The notes under the pieces are model-generated. The model was given only the letters and a program-made list of their open reading frames with translations. It was not told the origin of the DNA and did no database searches. A stretch of 64,000 bases of DNA, taken from Octopus sinensis (Eukaryota). The DNA is taken from contig NC_043024.1 of NCBI RefSeq assembly GCF_006345805.1, positions 2,170,001-2,234,000 on the forward strand, read 5' to 3'. The number at the start of each line of letters is the position of its first letter. Positions within the stretch are counted from its first letter, which is position 1. Positions 40,036 through 53,798 of the stretch are shown in pieces. A program made the translations under genes and the position numbers.

Positions 40036-41139
40036 TTTTGAAAACATTATTTAAAACTTCCAAGTGTTTGTGCCAAGCTCTGATGTCAGTTTTGGCATGG
40101 TTCCTATAGCTGGGTGCTTTTCCTCACACCAAACCACCTTACAGTGTGTACTGGGTGCCCTTATTGCATCACTGGCACGAGTGACTTTGACCATTATCAT
40201 CATCATTATATTAATGTCCATTTTTCCATGCTTGTATGGGACAGTTTTTTTTTTCAATACTTGGATGTGTTACCTGTTACTGTCACCTGTTTCCAAGCAA
40301 GGTAACATTTCCTTATTTCCTCATTAGCTAGAAATGATTTTTCACAGAAGAATGGAAAGAAATGACACTGCTTATATGACAGTGACACTTCTTTACAGCT
40401 ATCAAGACCAGGTGACACAAACACTAACACACACACACACATACTATGTATGTGTTTGTGTGTATGCATATATATATATAATAATATTAGGGAGTAAATC
40501 CAAACTTACAGGGAAAAATTAGATTTAGGATTAAATCTAATTTTACAGTATAAATATGTATTTATATATATTTTGTATATTATATTAATTAATTTATTTC
40601 TATGTTTTGGTTTATGTTTTTCACTGTTTGATTTGCCTAATAGTGGTTTTATCTCTAATTTAATATAATATATATATATATATATATAGACTCCAATGCC
40701 AGATCAGATTGGAGCCTGGTGCAGCCATCTGGTTCACCAGTCCTCAGTCAAATCGTCCAACCCATACTAGCATGGAAAGTGGACGTTAAACGACGACAAT
40801 GATGATATATATATATATATATGTGTGTGTATGCAAGCTTGCATATATATATATATATGTGTGTGTGTGTATGCATATATACACATCGAAACAGAGGCAG
40901 CTGAAGAAGGGGAATATTCCTTGCATTGTTTGTCTTGTACTCTGTTTTTTCATTGTTAAAAAAAAGTCCGTTTCCTTGTTTGGTTTTGTTTTCGTTTCTC
41001 ATTGTGTTCCACGTTTATTTGTGGTGTCCTGTACCCATATATACATGTATATATACATGTAGGTATGTACATATATGTATGTATGTATGCATATGTTTTA
41101 TTTATTAAATTGTTATTATATATATATGTGGTATCGAGA

Positions 41140-41415
41140 GTTACACAAATGCCAGAACTGGGCGCCACTGCATAGTGCCAAGGACTCCAAATTTGCCATC
41201 AAGATGTAGGACAAGATACTGCGATAGCCTGGGCTTCCGAGGCCCACAGCTCTTCAATATCCTCCCGAAGAACCTGAGGGACCTGCATGGTGTAGATGCG
41301 GATGTCTTTAAAATAAACTGGACCTCTTCCTGTCAGGTATCCCAGATGAACCAACTTCACGGCAGGAGGTGCAGATGAGGCAGCTGCATCGAACTCTCAT
41401 GCACCAAATGCCAAT
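41140..41415 (+). mobile_element. CR1/L2-group LINE ORF2 C-terminal fragment
   Basis: GRHCIVP..SLGFRGPQLFNILPKNLRDL..DVFK/KLDLFLSGIPDEP with a frameshift. Confidence 0.7.
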
Positions 41416-41514
41416 TGCTAAAATGCATTCGTGAAGTAAAATCATGTAGCAACACCAAATGGCGGTGCCCCAGCATGGCCACAGCTCGTGAGCTGAAACA
41501 AGATAAAGATATAT

Positions 41515-41530
41515 ATATACATACATATAT

Positions 41531-41561
<31 letters not shown>

Positions 41562-41684
41562 CATACATATTTTATATATATATATATATATACATACATA
41601 CATACATATTTTATTTATATATATACATACATACATATTTTATATATATACATACATACATATTTTATATATATACATACATAC

Positions 41685-41716
<32 letters not shown>

Positions 41717-41758
41717 CATACATACATATTTTATATATATATATATATACATACATAC

Positions 41759-41790
<32 letters not shown>

Positions 41791-42116
41791 CATACATACA
41801 TATTTTATATATATATATACATACATACATATTTTATATATATATATATATATACATACATACATATTTTATATATATATATATATATATACACATACAT
41901 ATTTTATTATATATATATATATATATACATACATACATATTTTATATATATATATATACATACATATTTTATATATATATATATATACATACATATTTTA
42001 TATATATATATATACATACATACATATTTTATATATATATATATATATACATACATACATATTTTATATGTATACATACATACATATTTTATATATATAT
42101 ATATATACATACATAC

Positions 42117-42158
<42 letters not shown>

Positions 42159-42180
42159 TACACACTCATATATACACATA
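41515..42180. repeat. Compound (TA)n-(CATA)n-TTTT minisatellite
   Basis: Repeating atatatacatacatacatatttt units. Confidence 0.9.
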
Positions 42181-43329
42181 CTGCATAACATTTTGTTTGG
42201 CATGCTAACAATTCTGCCAGCTCCCTACAACAGTATTAATATCAGTTTCAAATTATGGCACAGGGCCTGAAATTTTTGGGATAGGGAGTAAGTTGATCAC
42301 ATCAACCCCAGTATGTAACTGGTACTTATTTTATCTACTCTGTAAAGAATGATGGACAAAGTCGACCTCGGCAGTATTCAAACTCAGAACATTGAGAACC
42401 AGAAGAAATACTTATTTCTTTACTACCCACAAGGGGCTAATAGCCTGGGCAAAGTTGAGAAAGCTTCTACCCCTACTGGTGACAAAGGGTCTAAACACAG
42501 AGACGACAAACAAGGACAGACAAACGGATTAAGTCGATTACATCGACCCCCAGTGTGTAACTGGTACTTATTTAATCGACCCCGAAAGGATGAAAGGCAA
42601 AGTCGACCTCGGCGAAATTTGAACTCAGAACATAAAGACAGACGGAATACTGTGAGAATACAGCTTGCTAATGATTCTGCCAGCTTGATGCCGTAAACCT
42701 CTGGAATAATAACACAAGAGACGGGATTATTGTATACAAGATAGCCATTTTGCTATAATATCTGCTTTTTTAAAAAATTTTTTATTTCTTCAAAAGAAAC
42801 AAAATATTTGATAAATAAATAATATATTATTAATTACAAGACCACTCGTTTATCCCAGCCAAAAATAAAAATCAAAAAAAACAATATCAACATCGCATAA
42901 TTAAATAATACACCTGTCACCAAAAGAAAGGTATAATAATTGCTTTTAATTAAGGTACAAGGCCAGTAATTTGGGATTAATTTATAGCACAGACTCAGGT
43001 ACTTGGCAGGTATTTTATTGGACCTTAAGAAAAAAAAAAAAATGAACGGCAAAGTTGACTTCAGCAGGATTTGATCTTGGAATGTAGAGAATTGAAACAA
43101 ATGCCGCAAGGTGTTTTTGCTGATGTTGTAATGATTCTGTCAATCCACTGCCCTCGCTGTTACTAAACTAGGCTCAAGGCTAACAAATTTTGAGTGTGTG
43201 TGTGTGTGGGGGGGGACGACAGCGTACTTTAATTTAGCAACAGTGTACTTTAATTTAGCGGTGCTGCCCCAGCATGGCCGCGGCCTTCGGGCTAAAACAT
43301 TTTTAAGGATTTAAGGAACCTGGAAAGGA

Positions 43330-44480
43330 TGGAAAGCAATGTTGGCTCGGCAGGATTTGAACTCGAAACGAACGAGACACCACATAGCATTTTGTCCGAC
43401 ACTCAATAGTCTGCCAACCGCGCAAGGCCTGAAAATTCGAAGGAGTGGGGCTCGTCGATTACTTCAACCCCAGTACGCAACTGGTACTTATTTTATTGAC
43501 CCTGACAGGATAAAAGGCAAAGATGACCCTCGGCTGGATTTGAACTCAGAATGTAGAGAACCAGAAGAAATACTGCTAAACATTTTGTCCCGCATTCTTA
43601 ACAATTCTGCCAGCTCACTACCTTTAATAATAATAATAATAACAATATCAATTTCAAATTTTGTGCACAAGGCCAGCAAGTTCAGGGAAGGGATAAGTCA
43701 ATTAGATCAACCCCAGAACCCAACTGGTACTTATTTTTATTGACTACAGAAGGATGAAAGGTAAAGTCAACCTCAGCAGAATTTGAACCTAGAACGTAAA
43801 GACGGACGAAATACCACTAAGCATTTTGCCCGGCGTGCTAACAATTCTGCCAGCTCATCACCTTAATAATAATCTTTTCTACTCTAGGCACAAAGCCCAA
43901 ATTTTGGGGGAAGGGGCCAGTCGATTAGATCGACCCCAGAATGCAACTGGTACTTAATTTATCGACCTCGAAAGGATGAAAGGCAAAGTCGAGATCGGTG
44001 GATTTTGAACTCAGAATGTAAACACATGAAATACCGCTAAGCATTTCACCCAGTGCGCTAACGTTTCTGCCAGCTCGCCGCCTTAATAATATAATAATCC
44101 TTTCTACTATAGGCATAAGGCCTGGATTTTTTGGGGGGGGGGGATGAATTGATCACATTGACCCTAGTACTCAACTGGTACTTAATTTATTGACCCCGAA
44201 AGGATGAAAGTCAAAGTCGACCTCGGCGGAATTTGAACTCAGAACGTAAAGACAGATGAAAAGTCGCTAAGCATTTTGCCCGGCGTGCTAACAATTCAGC
44301 CAACTTGACACCTTTTTAATAATAATAATAATAACAACAACAATAACTCTTTCTACAATTGGTACAAGGCCAGAAATTTTAAGGGAGATGGTACTTATTT
44401 ATCGAACCCCATACCGCACCAAAAGGATGAAAGGCGAAGACACCCTTGGCAGAAATTGAACTCGGAACATTAATGAGTGG
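43330..44480 (-). mobile_element. Cluster of 5-6 same-orientation family-3-type SINEs separated by (aat)n tracts
   Basis: Repeated gaaaggatgaaaggcaaagtcgacctcggcggaatttgaactcagaa blocks of varying divergence. Confidence 0.75.
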
Positions 44481-44712
44481 GTTACTAAGGTAATAAATCA
44501 ACCAGCTGGTCACCTTTGGTAATAACAATACTAATACTACTACTACTAATAATGATTATTATTATCATTATTATTATTACAATATTTTCTCACATTAAGC
44601 ACAAAACCACGAATATTTTACAGGTGTACGGAGCAGGGGGGGGATGGGATTAATGTTACCGATGCCTTGCTTTCTCACCTGTACTTACCTGGTATTCAAT
44701 TTAGCAAATAAA

Positions 44713-44755
<43 letters not shown>

Positions 44756-45500
44756 TATTTCTTTACTACCCACAAGGGGTTAAATACAGAGAGGACAGAC
44801 AAACGGATTAAGTCGATTACATCGACCCCAGTGCGTAACTGGTACTTAATTTATCAACGCCGAAAGGATGAAAGGCAAAAATAATAATAATAATAATAAC
44901 ACCAATAGTAATAACAAATACACAACGGGTGTTTTTCAGTAATTAGCCCAGCGACAATAAAGTCCTTTGTCACAACGGAAGGTTTTAGAAATATATCACA
45001 AAGAGTTAATTGGTTTCGAAGAGGTGACCAAATTAAAGGGTGTGTATGGGTGTGGATGTGTGTGTGGAGGGGTGGGGGAAATAAAGGGTGGAAGACAGGG
45101 GCCAGAAGCAGGCTAAGGGTTCCGTGGCTGCTTGTCCGTTCTCATCTAGCCACCCTCCACCGGATGGGAGTGGGGAGGAGACCGTTGTTTTTTTTTAGGG
45201 GGCAATGAAAGGATCAACGATGGGATGGTGTGTTTCGTTAATGCCAGTAATAAAAAAACATCATAGGGAACAATGCAGGGATTCACAAAGGGATTCCACC
45301 AAGGCTGACCCAACTGTTGGACGTAGAAGGAAAAAGTGCCAGGATGTGAAAGTGATTGCATATATATGTATGTATATATATATATATATAAGATAGTATA
45401 TATATATATGTATATATATATGTATATATATATGTATATATGTATATATATATGTATGTATATATATATATATATGTATATATATGTGTATATATATATG

Positions 45501-45540
<40 letters not shown>

Positions 45541-45656
45541 TATATGATATATATATAAACACACACTTATATTAATATATATCATATATAATAAATAATA
45601 TACAATATATACAAAAAAAATTATATATCTATTATGTATACAATAATATATGTGTT

Positions 45657-45692
<36 letters not shown>

Positions 45693-45803
45693 GTGATCAC
45701 GTGACCGACCAGGCTATCAGATGTTGTTACGCATCGCTGGTCACAATGCGCTTCGCATTGTTTTAGCCTTCAAATGATGCCACCCCGCTGGCTAAACGAG
45801 CAG

Positions 45804-45852
<49 letters not shown>

Positions 45853-46182
45853 TATATATACAGGGGAGAGGAATATAGATTATATAAGAATTCTATAACA
45901 GAGATTTGGAATGTGTAATTCTGTGGAAAAACCTTGCAAAGCCAAATTTGCAAACCAAATACATACATGATAGCCACAAAAAAAAGCCATAACACCCAGC
46001 ATAAATTTGTGACTTTAGGTAGGAAGCTAGGTACATAAATACAGCGGGGTGGGGGGAACAAACCCGAAACCACAAAGTTGAGAAATGAACTTCTTAACGG
46101 CGATATATGTATATTTATAAATCTCTGTTGATTCACCAGAAGCAATAATTTATGGGATTCAATACGAATGTAGAATATTTAA

Positions 46183-46478
46183 TCTTTATATAATATAAAA
46201 TTGAAGTTGTGTGTGTGTCTGTCTACTCTGATTTAGATTCCTAACTACTCCCACATTTTGCGGTGCAGTTTAACCAAAGCGGGTATCTTATAGTCGTGAT
46301 TCATATCGAGTTCTTCTGGGTATTAGCACGCATCTACGATGAGTCTATGATTTAAAAAAGAATTTACCATCATTTTTCCGCATTTTTTGCTCGGTTTATA
46401 TAAGGGAAGTAACTCTCTAAAAATGCTTATATAGTTATTTCCCTTACAAACCCAAGCAACACCGGGCGATACTGCTAG
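46183..46478 (+). mobile_element. Non-autonomous Helitron-like element (internally deleted relative of 8396-9032)
   Basis: A|TC...gcaacaccgggcgatactgCTAG|T. Confidence 0.7.
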
Positions 46479-46747
46479 TACATTATAACTGAAAAACTCA
46501 GACTTCCAGTACTCAGAGTGGCTCATTTCTGATCCCCTGCTGGTAAACTCAGCCTGGTTACTTTCGAATAGCCAGTCTGAATATTTTTTTTGAAAATCCT
46601 TGTGAATTTGCAGGTGTCGTTCACAAAGGTTTTTAAATGGAAGAACAGAAGGATAGTGACTTTGAAGTCTTGGTCTGCTAGCCTTCATTGGACAGATCAG
46701 GCTAGGAGAGCAAAACTTTAAAGCTACTGTATGTATGTATGTGTGTG

Positions 46748-46781
<34 letters not shown>

Positions 46782-46930
46782 TAGTTATACACAGGCATGA
46801 GCCTTGTCTGCATGAAGTAGATATTAACTGATACATGCATATTTATATACATTTTTATGCATAAATGTATGTCATGATGATGATGATGATGAAGACATAC
46901 ACATATGTATTAATATATACAGGTGTGTGT

Positions 46931-46963
<33 letters not shown>

Positions 46964-47278
46964 ATGTGCATATTTCTAGTGCTTTGTTTTTCTTATGGCA
47001 CTGTGGTTTCTAGGCAGGAACAGAAGAAAGGAATTGTGAAGAAAAAGAAAAAAATTCTACACCCTGTATTGAATCCTCATTTTGTCTTTCGTTGGCAAAC
47101 TGTATCATTTGAAATGTACATAACACACACACGTCACTGACATACAGGTACTCACATACAGACACACACACACGTCACTACACAGATACACACATCCTTA
47201 CACACCATTTCACCTTCAGTCTCATTTCTCTCTTTTCACTTATGTCCACACACGCACACAGAATATTTCTCACAAGCT

Positions 47279-47720
47279 GTAGAGAGACATCAGTCACATC
47301 ACTCACACATAGATATGTGTATGTTTCTGTAGTGACAACATTCACATCATTCATGCAAGTATACATGCTATGAATACTGTAGTAACACATCAATCACATC
47401 ACTCATGCAGGTAGGAATGTTATATACGTATGCTGTAGTGACATTATTCACATCACTCATGCAGGTAGACACGTGTATATATGCTGTAAAGACACATCAT
47501 TCATACCACTCGTGCAGGTAGACATGTGTTTGTATGCTGTAGAGATACATCATTCACATCAATCATGCAGGTGAACATGTGTATGTATGTTTTAGAGACA
47601 TATCAATCACACAACTGCATGTGTATATGCTGTAGAACCACACCAGTCAATCATTCACACAGGCAGATATGTTGTACGCAACGGAGACACACCTCACATC
47701 ACTCACAATGTAGACGTGTG
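47279..47720. repeat. Diverged ~50-55 bp minisatellite, about 9 units
   Basis: gtag(a/t)gacacatcattcacatcactcatgcaggtagac..tatgct. Confidence 0.75.
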
Positions 47721-49084
47721 AGTGATGTGAGTAAAGACAAGTCACATCACTCACACCCAGCATCACACCCTTCTGCTTCTTCTTCTTCTTACATTGTGTG
47801 TCCCGGGGTTGTCTTGGAAGTTCGCAATGGGGGAAGAAGCGTTTGTTTTACCTGTTTAATCCAAACCCGCGTGTATTACTGGTACTTGAATATAGACTCT
47901 GATAACAGCTGGTGGTTCCCTGGCCTGTTTGACTTATTGCTCTGCTCATCATTGTTTAACTCCTTAACCATTTAAACCAGCCATCATCATCATCATCGTT
48001 TAACGTCCGTTCTCCATGCTAGCATGGGTTGGATGGTTTGACCGGGATCTGCACCAGGCTCCAGTCTGATTTGGCAGTGTTTCTACAGCTGGATGCCCTT
48101 CCTAATGCCAACCACTCTGTGAGTGTAGTGGGTGCCAGGTGAGGCTGGCAACGGCCACGATCGGATTGGTGCTTACGGAACTGGTTCAAATATTTTACCT
48201 GTTTTATGTTCAAGGCAGTGCTCTAGCATGGCCACAGTCTAATGACTGAAACCAAGATAAAAGATAAACTGGCCAGATCTGGCCTCTTACACCTACCTTA
48301 CAATGGCATTGTAAAATATATACAATCACATTGTCAAAATCTTGAAGCTATAAAATAATGCAAGATTAATTCAAAATGTGGAGGTGCCATGGTCCAGTGG
48401 TTAGGGCAGTGAATTCGCAGTCGTAGGATTGCGGTTTTGATTCCTAGACCAGGCGTTGTGAGCGCTTATTGAACAAAAACGCATAAAGCTCCTTGAGGCT
48501 CCAGCAGGGGATGGTGGCGAGCCCTGTCGTACTCTTTCACCACAACTTTCTCTCTTTCTTTCTGTTTCTGTTGGTTGGCTGGTTTGACAGGAGCCAGAGG
48601 ACAATGCCAGCATCCGGTGTCTGTCTGCTTTCACATGGTTTGTTCGGTTGGATGCTTTTCCAGTTTACTGAGTGTCCTGGAGACCATGTAAAAACAAAAT
48701 TACCTTCGGACTTTACATGGGAAGATAAAAAAAACCCCATTTTAACTCTTTTGTTACTATATTTCTGTTAGTGGAAGTATATGGCTTTGTGCTCAGGGTG
48801 TTGGACTTGTGATCGTAAGATTGTGGTTTCAATGCCTGGACCAGGCAACGCATTGTGTTCTTGAGCAAAACACTTCATTTCATGTTGCTCCAGTCCACTC
48901 AGCTGGCAAAAATGAGTAATCCTGTGATGGACAGGTATCCCATCCAGGTGGGGAACTTATACACCATGGAAGCCAGGTAACTGGCCCTTATGAGTCTATG
49001 ATTCGAGAAGGTAACCTTTAGGGGCAGTTGGAAGCAAGGTCAAACTAAGACAAAATATTGATCTTCAGTCTGGTATTCTGTTGG

Positions 49085-49255
49085 TCATCATCATTGTTCG
49101 ACCGTGGTCGAGACAATGGAATTTACTATGCTACGCCTGACTTCACGGTCCATAATGGCATTACAGAGGTCCTGTTGCTGGATGCCTGTATCCCTGGAGA
49201 TTACATCAGGGTAGGAGAGTGTGCGCCCTCTGGCATTGCGAGTAGATGGCTTCCA
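49085..49255 (-). mobile_element. Short 3' fragment of the second non-LTR family
   Basis: Reverse complement of the 3' part of 3286-3580. Confidence 0.8.
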
Positions 49256-49412
49256 TATATATATATATAATTTACAAAATTTTGTAAATTATTTTGTAAA
49301 TTATTTATAAATTTAACCTTTAAAGGTATTTTTTTATATGCTGGCCATTGATAAAATTTTTTTCTCGAAAAAAATTTTATCCTACATTAGTTATATAAAT
49401 ATATATATATAT

Positions 49413-49708
49413 ATCATCATCATCATTGTTCGACCGTAGTCGAGACAATGGAATTTACCATGCTACGCCAGACTTCACGGTCCATCATGGCATTACGGAG
49501 GTCCTGTTGCTAGCTGCCTGTATCCCTGGAGATTACATCAGGGTAGGAGAGTGTGCGCCCTCTGGTATTGCGAGTAGATGGCTTCCAGAGGAGAAGAGTA
49601 GAAATTACCTCGTTTTCAGCTCTACAACAATGTCCAGCAAACTGGACTCTCCTACCTTTCACAAGAGATGACACAGGTGGTAGTTTCCCATATATTTGCA
49701 TTTTGGTT
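49413..49708 (-). mobile_element. ~295 bp 3' fragment of the second non-LTR family
   Basis: [27 protein letters not shown]..; same 5' end (accaaaatgcaaatata) as 3286-3580. Confidence 0.85.
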
Positions 49709-50431
49709 GCATTTCGGTCATGGCAATGAGTGTTCCAGTTGATCTGATCGATGGAACAACGTGCAAGTGGCTGAGTACTCCACAGACATGTGTATCCTTA
49801 ATGTAGTTCTGAGGGAGATTCAATGTGACAAGGCTGGCCCTTTGAAATACAGGTACAATTTATGTCCACCAAATCCACCCATAAACCTTTGCTCGGCCTG
49901 TGGTTATACTGGAAGACACTCACCCACATTGCCACGCAGTGGAACGGAACCTGGAACCATGTAGTTGGGAAGCAAGCTTTTTACCACACAGCCTACAAAT
50001 ATTTACAGTGCAAATATCTGGAATATCTTTATCAGGCCTATTGGAATGTCATGATATATTTATCCTCTAAGCCACAGATTATTTACATATGCAGGAATAA
50101 AACCATCCTGATGGAGATTAAACTGATTCAAGCAGAGATACGAGTATTGAAAATATATATTCTAAAGATTGGATTATTAGCCCAGAAAATTCTAAGAGTG
50201 AATTCTAATATTGTCACAACAGTATGTGTGCTTGTATATATATAATATATATATATGTGAGTGTGTGTGTGTGTGTAGCCAAAATTGCGAAGATAATCTG
50301 ATACTTGACTAAGGAAAGAAAACTTCAAATGACCCGTCCTTGTTTTCTTTGTATTATCTATCTGGAGTTTTTGTTGTCCCATTTTTGTATCACTTAACTG
50401 TCCGGATGTTTTGCGTTCTAGTCCCATTTTG

Positions 50432-50473
<42 letters not shown>

Positions 50474-50477
50474 TCTC

Positions 50478-50854
50478 TCTATATATAAACGGCAGTTTGT
50501 CTGTGCGTGTTTCTGTGTGTCTGTTTGCTTGTACCCTCACCCTGACCACGGCTTTCAACCGATTCTGATGAAACTTGACACACACATAGCCCAATGTCAT
50601 AATTCAAAACTAACGCAGCGAAAATTTCGAAAAGTTCCCCCAGTTCTGAAAAAAATCGATAAATTCGACATGGGGTCGAGAATCAGAAGCACAAACCGCA
50701 ATCTGTCTAGGGGACGCAACTCCACCTTTTTTTACTCTCAAAAAAAAGTTATCATTTTTTTTCCATTTTTTGGCTATTTTTTGGCTATAACTCTCTAAAA
50801 ATGCTTTATAGTTATTTCCCTTACAAACCAGAGCAACGCCGGGCGATACTGCTA

Positions 50855-50855
<1 letters not shown>
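50478..50855 (+). mobile_element. Helitron-like element sharing its 3' end with 8396-9032 but with a different 5'/internal part
   Basis: Ends tagttatttcccttacaaaccagagcaacgccgggcgatactgCTAG|T. Confidence 0.65.
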
Positions 50856-50907
<52 letters not shown>

Positions 50908-50987
50908 CATACATACATACATACATACAACATACATACATACATACATACATACATACATACATACATACATACATACATACTTGT

Positions 50988-51282
50988 AGAGGCGCAATAG
51001 CCCAGTGGTTAGGGCAGTGGACTCGCGGTCGTAGGATCACGGTTTCGATTCCCAGACTGGGCGTTGTGAGTGTTTATTAAGCGAAAGCACCTAAAGCTCC
51101 ACGCCGGCAGGGGATGGTGGCGATTCCTGCTGTACTCTTTCGCCACAAATTTCTTTCACTCTTTCTTCTGTTGGCCTGCTCGCTTAGCCAGCGCGGTGGC
51201 GTCTTTGAAGGCTAAAACATTGTGAAGTGCATTGTGACCAGTGATGTGTAGCAACATCTGATAGCCTGGTCGTCACGGTGAT
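50988..51282 (+). mobile_element. Family-2 SINE with tail type B; reverse copy 54333-54628, tail-only copy 45690-45806
   Basis: Same head as 7860-8062, tail ttggcctgctcgcttagccagc..gcattgtgaccag..gtcacg. Confidence 0.8.
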
Positions 51283-51793
51283 ATATACATATACACTAGG
51301 AGAATTCAAAAATTATCCACACTTTCACCATAACATATCTTTATTATTGTTACGCTGCTTTCCTTTTTTTTTCTATCTAGGTGCAAGGCCTGAAATTTTT
51401 GGGAGGGGGCCAGTTGATTAGATCAACCCCAGAATGCAACTAGTACTTAATTTATCGACCCCGAACGGATGAAAGGCAAAGTTGACCTCAGCTTGAATTT
51501 GAACTCATAGCGTTGTGTCACAACTCATGAGTTGAATTTGAACTCAGAATGTAAAGACAGACGAAATACTGCTAAACATTTCGCCCAGCATGCTAATGAT
51601 TCTGCCAGCTTGCTGCACACTGCATTCTGAGCATGCATGCTTATAGTTGGTGCTATTGTGGTTCACATGATCGAAGTTTGAGCCTGAGCGCACCAATTTT
51701 CTTTCTGGCTTTACAGTATAAGCACTGGTTAAAGGTGTGTCAGGTGCTGAAATACAACTGAAGCTTTTAGCACAATACAGGGACAGTGCACTA

Positions 51794-52392
51794 CCTAATT
51801 CTTTACTACCCACAATGGGCTAAACATAGAGGGGACAAACAAGGACAGACAAACGGATTAAGTCGATTATATCGATCTCAGTGCGTAGCTGGTACTTTAT
51901 TTATCGACCCCGAAAGGATGAACGGCAAAGTCGACCTCGGAATTTGAACTCAGAACGTAGCGGCAGACGAAATACCTATTTCTTTACTACCCACAAGGGG
52001 CTAAACATAGAGGGGACAAACAAGGACAGCCAGACGGATTAAGTCGATTATATCGACTCCAGTGCGTAACCGGTACTTATTTAATCGACCCCGAAAGGAT
52101 GAACGGCAAAGTCGACCTCGGAATTTGAACTCAGAACGTAGCGGCAGACGAAATACCTATTTCTTTACTACCCACAAGGGGCTAAACATAGAGGGGACAA
52201 ACAAGGCCAGACAAATGGATTAAGTCGATTATATCGATCCCAGTGCGTAACTGGTACTTTATTTATCGACCCCGAAAGGATGAAAGGTAAAGTCGACCTC
52301 GGCAGAATTTGAACTCAGAACGTAGTGGCAGACGAAATACCACCAGGCATTTCGCCCGGCGTGCTCACGTTTCTGTCAGATCACCGCCTTAC
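51794..52392 (-). mobile_element. Tandem trimer of family-3 SINE flanked by one 10-bp TSD
   Basis: cagtgcacta at 51784-51793 and 52393-52402. Confidence 0.85.
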
Positions 52393-53642
52393 CAGTGCAC
52401 TATCATGTAGAGGTGGGTATGAGTGGATTGAGAAGTAAAAAGGGGCCAGACAAGCATGATACACAGAGGGAGCAGGATGCATGTCAACCTCCATCACTGA
52501 CAAGACGATTCAGCAGCAAGCTCAAAAGATGGTAATGATGAACTGATTCATCATAGCCATCTCTCAGATCGCCGCTCTTTGTTTTCCTTTGGTGCACATT
52601 TCTAGTGGAGCAGCCATGCTTCCACTGTAAACATCTCCTCTGCATCCAACTTGTTCCCTATCTCTAATCATCTGTCACCCTATTTTCACTTTGTGCCCTT
52701 ATTCACACATCCACCTTTGGCCCTCTTCTGTCCTATTCTGTCTCATATTTACTTCCCACCTGGACCTCACATCTCACTCTCTCACTTCCCAGGTGGGCAA
52801 GCCATGTGTCTACCTCTTCAAGACACCTGCTCCTGTAGCTGAAGACACCTCCGAAAGAGTAGAGGAGTAGGAGCCAAAACCGGACGTGGTTCCTCCTGAT
52901 GATGTCTTGAGCTAACTGGATCCTATAAAGGATCTGTTCTGGTAGCAGACCACGAAACACAGTTGTAATTCCTGCTCCGTTGAGGGGTCTTTTCTTCTGG
53001 GTACTTGGCAACCTCACTGGTGCTGGTGCTACGTAAAAAAAAACCCTAGTATATCCTGTTAAGTGGGGTTAGCATTAAGAAGGGCATCCAAATGTAGAGA
53101 CCCTGCCAAAGCAGACACAGGACCTGATGGAACCATTTGCTTTGTCTGTTCTTATCAAATCATCCAACCCATGCCAGCATGGAAAAAAAAAGGGGATGTT
53201 AAATGATGATGATGATGATGATGATGATATCTCCAGTTAGTTAACTTGGGATCCCTTGACAACAGTGTAACCTTCATTTAACTAAGGTATCTTCAACCAG
53301 ATGAGTAGCTGGTGGAGTCACCCTCGTTGAGTAATTACTACTTCTGAGGTTCTGCTAGCTAGGAAACATATGTAACCTATATTTTACCAGCTCCGTTCCC
53401 TAAATTTGGATTTTTGTTTGTATACACAGCAACCCCAACTGCTAACTGTGAACCGTGAAATAACTTTTTTCCAGCTTATCGAACATCGATATGGGAAACA
53501 TTTGCAACTTTCTACATCGATAAACCACTATTGTTCCTGAAAGTTGCTTTTTATACATTCTACCGACTGCTTGAAGCCTAATAACTCCCTACACCTGGAT
53601 CCTTGGGCCTTACCTTTACATATCATTATATATATATATAAA

Positions 53643-53798
53643 AGCGTCCGCTTTCCATGCTAGCATGGGTTGGACGGTTCAACTGGGGTCTGTGAAGCCA
53701 GAAGGCTGCATCAGATCAGACTGGGCCTGATGCAACCTTCTGGCTTCACAGACCCCAGTTGAACCGTCCAACCCATACTAGCATGGAAAGCGGACGCT
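53643..53798. repeat. Snap-back palindrome of the RTE 3' tail (72-nt arms, 12-nt loop, 2 mismatches)
   Basis: agcgtccgctttccatg..ggctgcatcag / ctgatgcaacc..catggaaagcggacgct. Confidence 0.9.

Noticed and set aside
46479-46688. Non-repetitive minus-strand ORF (KASRPRLQSHYPSVLPF..)
   Set aside because: No recognisable motif or convincing splice sites; runs into a Helitron-like element
50005-50225. Possible upstream FBXL18 exon (ttacag| ... |gtatgt)
   Set aside because: No F-box motif in any frame; two frames have stops
52839-52856. CTGAAGA-cacctcc-GAAA hammerhead-like spacing
   Set aside because: No stem II can form and no valid stem III/UH site follows
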